Shown piece after piece: positions 16,864-25,643 of a stretch of DNA of 27,232 nucleotides. Source of the DNA: a virus. Taxonomy: Duplodnaviria > Caudoviricetes. Each line of letters opens with the position of its first letter. Positions within the stretch are counted from its first letter, which is position 1. The stretch is taken from IMG/VR virus record IMGVR_UViG_3300032561_000104, positions 1-27,232 of that record; one strand, written 5' to 3'. The translations under genes were made by a program, and so were the position numbers. Below the pieces are notes generated by a model. That model was given only the letters and a program-made list of their open reading frames with translations. It ran no database searches and was not told the origin of the DNA.

Positions 16864-17091
16864 TTAGCTTCCTAAAAGGACTTTAATGGCTTTATCAATG
16901 CCAATGGATTGTGCCACAATGACAACTAGAGCACCAACAGCGATATACTTAATCTGAGCTAAGTTCTTTTCTATGGAGTGCATAGTAGTACTCAAGTCAA
17001 TAGTTGTTTCACGAAGTTCTTTGATGTCTTCAGCGTGATTAGCTTGGGTGACTTCAAGGCGTACTACACGGGTCTCTAGTTGGTCTGACAT
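16864..17091 (-). CDS. Small coiled-coil protein with C-terminal TM helix (XhlA-like)
   Basis: Heptad coiled-coil followed by YIAVGALVVIVA; AAGGAG-poor but coupled in operon. Confidence 0.65.
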   Translation of the reverse strand: MSDQLETRVVRLEVTQANHAEDIKELRETTIDLSTTMHSIEKNLAQIKYIAVGALVVIVAQSIGIDKAIKVLLGS

Positions 17092-17109
17092 GATGTTATT
17101 CTTAAGGAG

Positions 17110-17403
17110 TTAAGGTACTAAGTTAATAATTGAAGTTACAGTGCCTGTGATTATTATCACAGTACCAAAAGAATAAAATTTACCTGTCACTGTTCCTGTG
17201 ATTTTGTAACTACCAGCAGGGACTAGAATGGCTTGAGGATTCCCTGCTGACCATGCAGAAGTAAAAGCAGAAGTGTCGTCAGCAATTCCATTCCCTACAG
17301 CACCGAAGTCTTTAACAGAAATGTATTCTTGAAGTTTTTGATTAATTGGCCTGTTTACAGCACCAGAAAAGCCTTGGTCATATTGAGGAATTAATGTTGT
17401 CAT
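17110..17403 (-). CDS. Short tailspike-like protein (pectate lyase 3 N-terminal motif only)
   Basis: QKLQEYISVKDFGAVGNGIADDTSAF...VPAGSYKI; ends after 97 aa. Confidence 0.75.
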   Translation of the reverse strand: MTTLIPQYDQGFSGAVNRPINQKLQEYISVKDFGAVGNGIADDTSAFTSAWSAGNPQAILVPAGSYKITGTVTGKFYSFGTVIIITGTVTSIINLVP

Positions 17404-17418
17404 TTATGGTACCTTTAA

Positions 17419-19656
17419 TTAACCAACAATCCAGTTGGTTCCGTTATAAAATACTGGAATTATTACTGCGCCTCCTCCTACTACAGTAGCGCCAAACACA
17501 GGGGCAAGAGCATTAGTTACATACGTTCTTGCCCCAGTTACTCCTGTGGGTAAAGTAGCTACTGTATATCCTGCTGTTTTAACAGTGCTTCCAGAAACAA
17601 TACTACCAGTTACAGATAAGTTGGTTGCTCCTGGGTCTGTAGTGTTACCAATGGAAACACCGCCAGAAGCGTTTACTTGAAGTCCAATGTTACCTAAGTT
17701 AGGGCTTACAGACAAAGCAATAGGAGCACCTGCTGTAGATATTCCACAAGCAGTTCCTGTTGCTCTTAAATATATTCCTACAGGATTAGCAGGCGTTGCA
17801 TTATCTGTAATTGTTAAACTTGCATAAGGAGTACTTGTATTTCTTTGTACATTAAGTGTACCATAAGCAGAAGTATTAGAACCTACTAATAAATTAGTAC
17901 CATCAAAATAAAGATTAGAACTAGTGCTAAAAGAACCATAATGAATTTGACCAGCAGTGAAACTAGTTAATCCTGTTCCACCATTAGCTATCGGCAATGT
18001 ACCGATTAAAGACAATGCCTGTGCTGTAGTAGCTACAGTTTGTGCAGAAGCTCCGTTACCATAAAGAATACCAGTCAACGTACCAGCTTCTCCTGTTCCC
18101 CCTAAAGAAGCACTTAGTGTTCCAGTAACGCCTGTAGATAAAGGTAATCCAGTACAATTAGTTAATGTACCGCTTGTAGGAGTTCCTAATAAAGGTGTAA
18201 CTAATGTAGGACTTGTTGTTCTTACAAAGTTACCAGTACCTGTTCCTGTGTATTCAGCAGAAGTTAAATGATATTCTTCAGTAGTCCCGTTACCGCCTTG
18301 AAGACCTGACAAGTCATTATGGTTTAATACTGAACTGCTAGAAAATACTTGTGTAAATGCAGAATCAATCTCAGTAGCCGTTGCTCCGTTTTTAACAACA
18401 ATAATACGACCTACTAGTATTGCCATTGTAGACAAAATAGGAGGAGGTGATGGAGGTGCAGAGGCTATAGCTTGAGCCTGTGAATAATTACCACTTCCTA
18501 ATATATAAGCTAACTTAGGTAATCCTGAACCATCTAAATAACGGTAAACCCAGTTTACTGCATACTTACCAGGCCCTAATGTTTGAAGGTTTGTGCCATC
18601 ATCATACTGAGTATTGTTGTATGTAGATGCTGTAGTTGTAGTCCAAACACCTGATACATGGTAATAAAAGTCAGCATTAGAAGAAGCTGATGTTACGGAT
18701 GCTTCGCTATATTGAGTTACACCGTACCAAATTACACCAGCAGTTAACGTAATAACGTTTCCTGTGGATTCTCCTAGAGCTAATCCTGAAGCCCATTGGT
18801 AACGATTAGTTTGTACTAAACGACGATTAAGACGACTTGCACAAGAACGTCCCCAATCAATAGGCTGATAATGAACTTGAGTACCGTTACGCCACAGCAA
18901 CGCAGCCCCAACAACACTAGAGTTGTCAATGGTAGCTACGTTAGTAGTAATGGAATAAACAGGGCTACCAGAGTTATAACTAACAATTAAATAGTTAGCG
19001 GATTGGTCTGTAAGGGATAACCCTGTAGCTGCTGGGACTATATATTTCTTTAAGTCACCAACCCAACCAACTTGTGAATACAATACTGCTTCTACAGAAG
19101 AAGCATTAATCGTTGCTCCGCTTCCTGTGACAGTAATAGTAGGCTGCGTAAGTACACCAGCAGTATTATCACCAATATCTAACTCAGTGATGTAAGTACT
19201 GTTGTGGTAATAAAGACCTTCAGTCTCAGACCAAATAGAACCTGTAGCTGCACTTGTAGGAGTTGTACCTACTGGAATATTTAAAGGTACTAAAGATGAA
19301 GTAGAAGCAGCTAATACTTGTGAGCCTGTATAAGTATTGGTTTCATCTAACTTAGGGAAGTCATTAAGACTTGCACGAACTAAACGAAGAGATACTACAT
19401 CACCAGCATTAAATGCAGTACCTGTAGTACCATCTTGTCCACGAACAATAGTAAATGTTGTTCCTGTTACATTAGTTACTTTAACAATCTCGATAACAAG
19501 CTGAGTAGCTGCATCAGCTAATGTGCAATAAAAGTATTGTGAGCCCGTAGGAGCAGGAAAGCCTGTCGCAGACGTAACCGACAAAATTGTAGCTACGTTA
19601 GTAAGACTACTAGCTAAAGTAGTATTACAGTTATTTGCGAATAACATATTAGGCAT
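17419..19656 (-). CDS. Tail fibre protein
   Basis: Thr/Gly/Ser-rich; N-terminal anchor paralogous to the adjacent tailspike; HNDLSGLQGG, SPTLVTP.LGTP, LPIANGGTG fibre motifs. Confidence 0.85.
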   Translation of the reverse strand: MPNMLFANNCNTTLASSLTNVATILSVTSATGFPAPTGSQYFYCTLADAATQLVIEIVKVTNVTGTTFTIVRGQDGTTGTAFNAGDVVSLRLVRASLNDFPKLDETNTYTGSQVLAASTSSLVPLNIPVGTTPTSAATGSIWSETEGLYYHNSTYITELDIGDNTAGVLTQPTITVTGSGATINASSVEAVLYSQVGWVGDLKKYIVPAATGLSLTDQSANYLIVSYNSGSPVYSITTNVATIDNSSVVGAALLWRNGTQVHYQPIDWGRSCASRLNRRLVQTNRYQWASGLALGESTGNVITLTAGVIWYGVTQYSEASVTSASSNADFYYHVSGVWTTTTASTYNNTQYDDGTNLQTLGPGKYAVNWVYRYLDGSGLPKLAYILGSGNYSQAQAIASAPPSPPPILSTMAILVGRIIVVKNGATATEIDSAFTQVFSSSSVLNHNDLSGLQGGNGTTEEYHLTSAEYTGTGTGNFVRTTSPTLVTPLLGTPTSGTLTNCTGLPLSTGVTGTLSASLGGTGEAGTLTGILYGNGASAQTVATTAQALSLIGTLPIANGGTGLTSFTAGQIHYGSFSTSSNLYFDGTNLLVGSNTSAYGTLNVQRNTSTPYASLTITDNATPANPVGIYLRATGTACGISTAGAPIALSVSPNLGNIGLQVNASGGVSIGNTTDPGATNLSVTGSIVSGSTVKTAGYTVATLPTGVTGARTYVTNALAPVFGATVVGGGAVIIPVFYNGTNWIVG

Positions 19657-19665
19657 TCAATATCC

Positions 19666-21777
19666 TTATAGACTTGCAATTACAAAAGCAAATAATTCTT
19701 CGTATCTAATACCTAATTTAGTAATTTTTATTGAATTTGGCGTTAATTCTGTATATTTAATTCCTTCAGAATTTTCTGATTTTCCGTCTACTTCATACCA
19801 AGTATCCGAACAAAATACACCATATTTATCAGGATTAAGATTATTATTAATAAATGCTTGTGCAACATCTTGAGCAATTACACCACAATGAATTCTGGCA
19901 TTTTCATTTTTAGAAACAACAGCATCATTAAATTTAAAAGTTTTAACTAAACCTTTTAATTCTCTAGCTACAGCTTGTTCAGCTAATGTTAAATCAGCAA
20001 TTTGTTGTTTTTCATTTGCATCAGAAGTTTGAATAGTTCCGTTTACTGCCCATACATTAGTCCATCTATGTACGTTATCTCCTAAAGTTAAAGAATTATC
20101 TAAGGATGGAATAAATCTGTCCGCTTTAATTTGAACACCAGCACCAGAACTATTTGTTAAAGAAGCGTAACTGCCTCCTAAATTATTATCAAAAAAGTTG
20201 GTTGTCAATACTGAAGTATTTAAAGCACCATTAATATTTGTAGTTTGTCTTGCAGCAGAACTACTAATATAACCAGGGCTTAAAAACCAATCACCACTTT
20301 GATTTAAATAAGTAACAGTATTTTGAATTACTATTGCTTGGCCCCATACGTTGTTAGCAACATCAAGATTTGTAATATTACCAAAAGTAGAAGTAGCATC
20401 GTTTGTATTTGCAATAATACAATTAGATACTGTAACTCTAAAAATAGGACCTGTACCTGTTTGCCCTATAGAAAAAGGAACTGAAACAACTGCTTGACCT
20501 TCAAAATAACAATTATTAAAATAGGCTGTTTGAGTTCCGTCAGCATCGCAACTAATTCCTGTAGCAGCAGAAGATACACAATTAACAACAGAAATTCCTG
20601 TAGAAAAAGTTGTTGTTGGTGATTTTACAGATTTAACACCAGTAACTGTAGCTGTGTCAAAATTACACTGGTCTATGACATAAGCACTACCACCTTGACA
20701 TAAAATTCCAGTAGTGTTGCTTGCAAAGTTACAGTTAAAAATACGACAAGCTCCTGACTCATCTAAAGCTAGTCCAGTTTTTAAATTTGTAAAATATAAA
20801 TTTGTGTATGTATTGAAATATCCATTGTACGCAGAAATGCCTAATTGAGTACCGCTACCTACAAATTTTAAATTAGATATATTGTACTGACTTCCAGTAA
20901 TACTTAAAATAGCTTGATTAGTCGATAATGCAGCACCATTAATAATAGACCCATATTCACTTGCCCCTAATATTGTAATAAAAGCAGGTGCTGTCAAGGT
21001 ACTACTTATTTTATAAGTCCCGTCAGGAAAATATAAACATTTATTTGCAGATTGTGTCAATGCTTCTTGAATAGCAGCAGTATCATCAGTAGAACCGTCA
21101 CCTTTTGCTCCAAAGTCTTTTACAGACACCCATTCTTGAAGTTTCTTTTGTACAGTAGATTCTACAGCACCAATACCCCCTTCATCATAAGAGATATTGC
21201 TTGCATCTACTTGGCCTGCAGCAATAGGAAGGTTATAAATAACTTCAACTAAATCACCAACGTTAAGACCAGTAATGAATGAAACAGTAGTGCTAGAAGA
21301 TTCTGAGTAGTTTACGTCAACAATCTGTTTACTACCGTTGACAAACACTGCAAGATTAAAGTCATCAGGAATGTATGAAAAAGGTAATGTAAATACTGTT
21401 TGACCTTGAGTAGCTGTAAATTCAGCTTGATTAGTAGCAGCTCCTGAACCACCTCCGCTACCACCTTGAGCAAACAAGTTTAAGCTCTGGGCTGTGATAC
21501 GAAGTTGTGCGTTGTCGCTGATATTGAAGATTTGTGGAGCAGTGCCCTCTTGTCCCCGTTCTACGGTAAGGAAGTCACCTGTACGCCCGATACATTTAAC
21601 AATCTCTGATACTTCAGGATTATTAATCTGTACCATCGTCATCATAAAGTAGTTACCGCCTGTAGGAGACGGGAACTGCTCACCTGTACCAGCAACTACT
21701 TGGAATACGGTATCAGTAGGCGTAACAGCTACGGCAAGAGCTGTAGCAGCATTGTTAGTAAATAATGGAATCGGCAT
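19666..21777 (-). CDS. Tailspike: beta-helix depolymerase-like domain and C-terminal intramolecular chaperone (peptidase S74-like)
   Basis: SVKDFGAKGDGSTDDTAAIQ, Asn/Cys-rich beta-helix rungs, TSDANEKQQI autocleavage motif, HCGVIAQDV, GIRYEEL. Confidence 0.9.
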   Translation of the reverse strand: MPIPLFTNNAATALAVAVTPTDTVFQVVAGTGEQFPSPTGGNYFMMTMVQINNPEVSEIVKCIGRTGDFLTVERGQEGTAPQIFNISDNAQLRITAQSLNLFAQGGSGGGSGAATNQAEFTATQGQTVFTLPFSYIPDDFNLAVFVNGSKQIVDVNYSESSSTTVSFITGLNVGDLVEVIYNLPIAAGQVDASNISYDEGGIGAVESTVQKKLQEWVSVKDFGAKGDGSTDDTAAIQEALTQSANKCLYFPDGTYKISSTLTAPAFITILGASEYGSIINGAALSTNQAILSITGSQYNISNLKFVGSGTQLGISAYNGYFNTYTNLYFTNLKTGLALDESGACRIFNCNFASNTTGILCQGGSAYVIDQCNFDTATVTGVKSVKSPTTTFSTGISVVNCVSSAATGISCDADGTQTAYFNNCYFEGQAVVSVPFSIGQTGTGPIFRVTVSNCIIANTNDATSTFGNITNLDVANNVWGQAIVIQNTVTYLNQSGDWFLSPGYISSSAARQTTNINGALNTSVLTTNFFDNNLGGSYASLTNSSGAGVQIKADRFIPSLDNSLTLGDNVHRWTNVWAVNGTIQTSDANEKQQIADLTLAEQAVARELKGLVKTFKFNDAVVSKNENARIHCGVIAQDVAQAFINNNLNPDKYGVFCSDTWYEVDGKSENSEGIKYTELTPNSIKITKLGIRYEELFAFVIASL

Positions 21778-21781
21778 TTAA

Positions 21782-22060
21782 TTATCCTACTGTAATAGTG
21801 TTTATAACAAAACCGTCGACTAATCTATTAGTACTATATACGGTGATGAATTGGTCTTGTGGTTCTGGTCTTGTCCAAGGAGGGGCCTGGTAGTCTGCTA
21901 CGCCACGAACGAAGTCTTGAGGCTGACGTGGTTCCCAGTCTTCAGGACATACTTTAAGACCATCCCATCTTTGGCGAAGGTCTGAAGCTTTTAACTTACG
22001 ACCACAAGCATCGCAAAGTACTGCCCAATCACCTCTGTCATATCTGGGAAAATAACTCAT
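21782..22060 (-). CDS. Conserved Cys-motif phage protein
   Basis: CDACG...WDGLKVCPEDWEPRQPQ; possible zinc binding; in structural operon. Confidence 0.75.
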   Translation of the reverse strand: MSYFPRYDRGDWAVLCDACGRKLKASDLRQRWDGLKVCPEDWEPRQPQDFVRGVADYQAPPWTRPEPQDQFITVYSTNRLVDGFVINTITVG

Positions 22061-22368
22061 ACTTGAGAAGCATCGTAGATAGTTAAGTCACCAACACCAA
22101 CATAGGTGTTACCTAGAGAAGTCGTAATCGTCATCTCTAGTCGGTAAGTTACTTCAGCTAATCCTGCCACTACTCGTTGAGAAGCAGTCTTATTTACAAT
22201 AATAGCAGTAGACTGTAGGATGTTCTGTGGAGTAGGGTCTACACCATTCATCACTATAACAGTGCATACTGCTGTTAGAATAGTCTCATTAGCAGCAAGA
22301 ACCTGCGTAAAATCGAAAGTGAATAGTTCACTCTCAGTGGTAATCTTGTAAGAAAATGACTCAGCCAC
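22057..22368 (-). CDS. Putative fibre adaptor / structural protein
   Basis: 103-aa beta-rich ORF (FTFDF...L...ETI...Y.L...ITTS.G) coupled to neighbours. Confidence 0.6.
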   Translation of the reverse strand: MAESFSYKITTESELFTFDFTQVLAANETILTAVCTVIVMNGVDPTPQNILQSTAIIVNKTASQRVVAGLAEVTYRLEMTITTSLGNTYVGVGDLTIYDASQV

Positions 22369-23197
22369 GATATCCTTTAAAAGCTATTATAACACGATTT
22401 TTAACAAAAGTCAAAGTATTTGTAGCCTTTGTGACTAAAATATCCCTGTCTTTAACTATAACTGCTGTAAGCTGTTTAGGCCCAACAATGAAGGTAAACT
22501 TTGCTACAGCTCCGAACTTTTGAATAATAGCTGGAAATAGCTGTAGGATTGATGTAACACTTACTTTTAAAAGCTTTTCAATAAGCCTTTTAAGACTTGT
22601 TGTATTGGTGACTACTATGGTTAATAACTTAGTTATAGCTTTGTTTATTGTGGCTGTAGACGTTGCTACAACTTGTAAAGTCTTATAAATAAAGTTATGG
22701 TAGATTAAAGTCGCTGTACTTGTTACTGTTACTTTAATAAACTTACCAACGCTTCTACCAATACTTACTAAACTGCTAGAAAGAACTGTCAACGCTTTTG
22801 TAATAGATTTAAGTACAATAGCTGTAGAAGTCACTAAAACCGTCATAGTACGACTTATACTTCTACCTATAGTAACGGTACTTACTACTGTTTTAGACAG
22901 TGCTATAAGGTGCATAGCTATGTCGCTGAGCACTACAATAGTATGCTCTACAACAGTAGTCATTAACTTACTAATAGCTTTACCTATTGTGACAAGACTA
23001 TTAACTGTTACAGCTAAAAGCTTATTTGGTAATTTAACCAACGTCGCTAAAGACGTAACAATAACACTTAATACTCTTGAAATCTTTTTAAGGATGGTAC
23101 TAGTACTCGTAGAAGTAACAGTCAATGTAGGCGTTAACGTAATGTTATCGCTTGCATCAACTGCAACTCTATTTATACTAGAACCATTTAATCCCAT
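22361..23197 (-). CDS. Thr/Val/Lys-rich protein with about 11 tandem ~18-aa repeats; probably structural
   Basis: Units such as LTVTSTSTSTILKKISRV, LSVIVTSLATLVKLPNKL, LAVTVNSLVTIGKAISKL. Confidence 0.7.
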   Translation of the reverse strand: MGLNGSSINRVAVDASDNITLTPTLTVTSTSTSTILKKISRVLSVIVTSLATLVKLPNKLLAVTVNSLVTIGKAISKLMTTVVEHTIVVLSDIAMHLIALSKTVVSTVTIGRSISRTMTVLVTSTAIVLKSITKALTVLSSSLVSIGRSVGKFIKVTVTSTATLIYHNFIYKTLQVVATSTATINKAITKLLTIVVTNTTSLKRLIEKLLKVSVTSILQLFPAIIQKFGAVAKFTFIVGPKQLTAVIVKDRDILVTKATNTLTFVKNRVIIAFKGYRG

Positions 23198-23562
23198 TAA
23201 CTGAACTGTACTTTGAAGGTAAATTGAATTGAATCGCTTGTATTCAAAGGAATGCCTGTAAAGTCACCCTTAACAAATAAGTTACCAGAAGTAGCTGCAT
23301 CAAATAAACCAGCATTTGTGATTGTCTCACTCGTACCTGCAGTTTGTGTTGCAACAACTTGGAATGTGTCATTTGTAGAAGATGTTGTTACCTGAGATAC
23401 TGTACCACTAACTCGTGGAAGTACTTCAGTAAATAATGTTGTATCAGTAGCACCAGTAGTACCTGCACCTGTTCCCCAGCCTACATATTGAGGAGTAGTA
23501 CCACCGCCATTTAAACGGTTGGTAATAATAGCCCTACCTGTATTAACTAGGAGTGTGCTCAT
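23197..23562 (-). CDS. Virion structural protein
   Basis: GWGTG....DTTL..E, ITNAGLFDAATSGNLF, DSIQFT pattern found in phage structural proteins. Confidence 0.7.
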   Translation of the reverse strand: MSTLLVNTGRAIITNRLNGGGTTPQYVGWGTGAGTTGATDTTLFTEVLPRVSGTVSQVTTSSTNDTFQVVATQTAGTSETITNAGLFDAATSGNLFVKGDFTGIPLNTSDSIQFTFKVQFS

Positions 23563-24091
23563 ATTTATTTCCTTTTTGTTGATTTACCTTTGCAGGTAAA
23601 ACTTGAAGATTGTTCCAAACATGTAAACCACAAACATTTTTACCTTGTAAAGGAATTATGTGGTCAATATGCCACTTAAATCCAGTTACTTTTTCTCTAA
23701 GTTTAGCAAGATGAGCAGCTTCTTCTGTTATAAGTTCTGTTAATTCAGAATCCCATCTAGCAGTAGCTTTCATTTTATTGTATTTATATTTAAGAACAGT
23801 AGCTAATCTTTTATGTTTATTAAGTTTAGACCAAGCGGTTATAGTTTGTTTTATCTTTTCTTTATTTTTAAATCTATATTCCTTTGCGTATTCTTTTGCT
23901 TGTTTTTTTACTTCAGGCAAATTCCTATGCTCCGTATCGTAAGAATTATCTTTGTATCGTTGTTTTCTTTTAATGTTAGAACATTCTTTACAAGCAGTTT
24001 TAAAACCACTCGATGTAGATTTATCTTTATGAAAAGCTGTTATTTGTTTAATAGCTTTACAGATAGAACAATGTTTCATCTGTGTAGCCAT
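23543..24091 (-). CDS. Free-standing HNH homing endonuclease
   Basis: CSIC...CKEC N-terminal finger; WHIDHIIPLQGKNVCGLHVWNNLQVLPAKVN HNH motif; AT-rich. Confidence 0.9.
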   Translation of the reverse strand: MATQMKHCSICKAIKQITAFHKDKSTSSGFKTACKECSNIKRKQRYKDNSYDTEHRNLPEVKKQAKEYAKEYRFKNKEKIKQTITAWSKLNKHKRLATVLKYKYNKMKATARWDSELTELITEEAAHLAKLREKVTGFKWHIDHIIPLQGKNVCGLHVWNNLQVLPAKVNQQKGNKYEHTPS

Positions 24092-24228
24092 TTTTTAATT
24101 CTCCAGATAAGTCTCTTGATTGGATTCTTATGATAATAATCTATAACGCCAAGTTCCTCCCTAGTGCCATCAGCACGAATGATGGTAGCAACTAGTTGGA
24201 TTTCCTTGACGTCAAGATTAGTATTCAT
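24076..24228 (-). CDS. Small hypothetical protein (50 aa; not in ORF track)
   Basis: MNTNLDVKEIQLVATIIRADGTREELGVIDYYHKNPIKRLIWRIKKWLHR; GGAG RBS; TAATG coupling to upstream gene. Confidence 0.75.
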   Translation of the reverse strand: MNTNLDVKEIQLVATIIRADGTREELGVIDYYHKNPIKRLIWRIKKWLHR

Positions 24229-24641
24229 TAGACTCCAGGACCTTGTTTAACAAGTTCAAGAACAATAGTGTAAGATAGAATAGCACCTGATGTCCAACCT
24301 TGGGTAGAGATAGCAATCTTACCTGTTGGGTTAGTAGCGTTGTTTACAATACCACCATAACGCCAAGCATCTACTTTACCACGGCCTACAAAGTCAGCAA
24401 AGCGTACAGGAGTACCTGCATCCCACCACATTTCCACATCTAAACCATCTTCAACGTCGAAGTTGATTTTATTAATACGGAGTAGTGTAGCCTTAACGCC
24501 ATTAATATTGTAATCAGACAAAGTAGCAGGGTCTACAATAACTGTATATGCTAAATCAGAAGTATCTAAAAGACCATCTAATTTAAGCACTACGTTACGT
24601 GGTCCGTCTACTAGAGTCTGTACAGTTGGTGAGTTAGCCAT
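24228..24641 (-). CDS. Putative head-associated structural protein
   Basis: 137-aa beta-rich ORF downstream of capsid genes; AGGGG RBS. Confidence 0.65.
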   Translation of the reverse strand: MANSPTVQTLVDGPRNVVLKLDGLLDTSDLAYTVIVDPATLSDYNINGVKATLLRINKINFDVEDGLDVEMWWDAGTPVRFADFVGRGKVDAWRYGGIVNNATNPTGKIAISTQGWTSGAILSYTIVLELVKQGPGV

Positions 24642-24653
24642 TGTAACCCCCTA

Positions 24654-25352
24654 TTAACGTGAAATTTCTTCAGCAGCTAGAACGTAGTCAATGGTCATTG
24701 TTTCAGTAGCTGTTGGTGTATCTGAGAAGATAGGAGCCAATAAAGCACTTGTCAATGTTGTACCAGAAGCACCGATAGTTGGTGAAGTTACACGAGAAAC
24801 TAAATTACCGTTTACAAACACTTCTAAATCAGTGTTGTTATAGTGGAAACCGAGTTGTACAAAAGTTGCAGCAGCTACTGTAGCTACGCCAGTAATCAAA
24901 GTAGTAGATGTAGAACCTACACGTGATACTAAGTTAACTGAAGTACCTGAAGTAACAAACCACAAGCCATCAGTAGCTGAAGTACCTGAACTTGCCAAAC
25001 CAGCAAGGAATGTACCAGTAGTTGCACTGACTTGAAGACGTGTTGTATACCAAAGTTTTTGACCAGCTACAAAGCCTACTGAAGTACCTGTTTTGAAAAC
25101 AGCAGTAGCAGTTGTAGCACCGCCTGGGGTAACAAGAGCTTGACCGCCTAGACCAGAAGTCAAAGCAAAAGTTGAACTTGTTCCTGAAACAGCATATTCA
25201 GCAACAGATGATTGGAAGTCGTTAGAATAAGTACTTACGCCATAACCAGTATCGCTAGTGCTGTTAAATGGGTCTGGAAGTGGGTAGCTGCTTAATGGTT
25301 TGCCTTTTGCAACGGTGGCGATACCGTATGTAAATCTTGTTGGTGTGCCCAT
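24654..25352 (-). CDS. Putative capsid decoration / minor head protein
   Basis: Thr/Gly/Ala-rich, beta-sandwich-like; strong AGGAG RBS; close downstream of the major capsid gene. Confidence 0.6.
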   Translation of the reverse strand: MGTPTRFTYGIATVAKGKPLSSYPLPDPFNSTSDTGYGVSTYSNDFQSSVAEYAVSGTSSTFALTSGLGGQALVTPGGATTATAVFKTGTSVGFVAGQKLWYTTRLQVSATTGTFLAGLASSGTSATDGLWFVTSGTSVNLVSRVGSTSTTLITGVATVAAATFVQLGFHYNNTDLEVFVNGNLVSRVTSPTIGASGTTLTSALLAPIFSDTPTATETMTIDYVLAAEEISR

Positions 25353-25358
25353 TTGAAT

Positions 25359-25400
25359 CTCCTAAAAGTGATGGGTTCACGTCATAATTGACGTTTAGGA
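25359..25400 (-). promoter_or_regulatory. Structured leader overlapping the RBS of the 24654..25352 gene
   Basis: UCCUAAA/UUUAGGA outer stem encloses ACGUCA/UGACGU and GUGA/UCAC hairpins. Confidence 0.5.
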
Positions 25401-25411
25401 TTATAAAAGTA

Positions 25412-25603
25412 TTACTTAGGAAAAGACAGCTTTTCAACAGCGTGTAAACGCTTTTTCTTGAAACCTGACTCTTGTCCTTCTTTGTTTTCTACTGCTTGGG
25501 TGTTGCCGAGACCGTTAGGCATCTTTGCTTTTGGAGAAGCCATATTGCTTTTCTTCTCTTTAGCGATACCGCCTGTAGGCTCTTTAATAATTGGATAGTC
25601 CAT
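25412..25603 (-). CDS. Small basic hypothetical protein
   Basis: 63 aa, Lys-rich, AAGGA RBS, preceded by a consensus promoter. Confidence 0.7.
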   Translation of the reverse strand: MDYPIIKEPTGGIAKEKKSNMASPKAKMPNGLGNTQAVENKEGQESGFKKKRLHAVEKLSFPK

Positions 25604-25614
25604 ATTATTTCCTT

Positions 25615-25643
25615 ATTATAACAGTTTATTGTCTATCTGTCAA
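25615..25643 (-). promoter_or_regulatory. Consensus sigma70 promoter
   Basis: TTGACA (25643-25638), 17-nt spacer ending TGT, TATAAT (25620-25615). Confidence 0.85.

Noticed and set aside
17110-21777. Diversity-generating retroelement or invertible tail-fibre cassette
   Set aside because: No reverse transcriptase or invertase, and no near-identical repeat pair with adenine-specific mismatches was seen.
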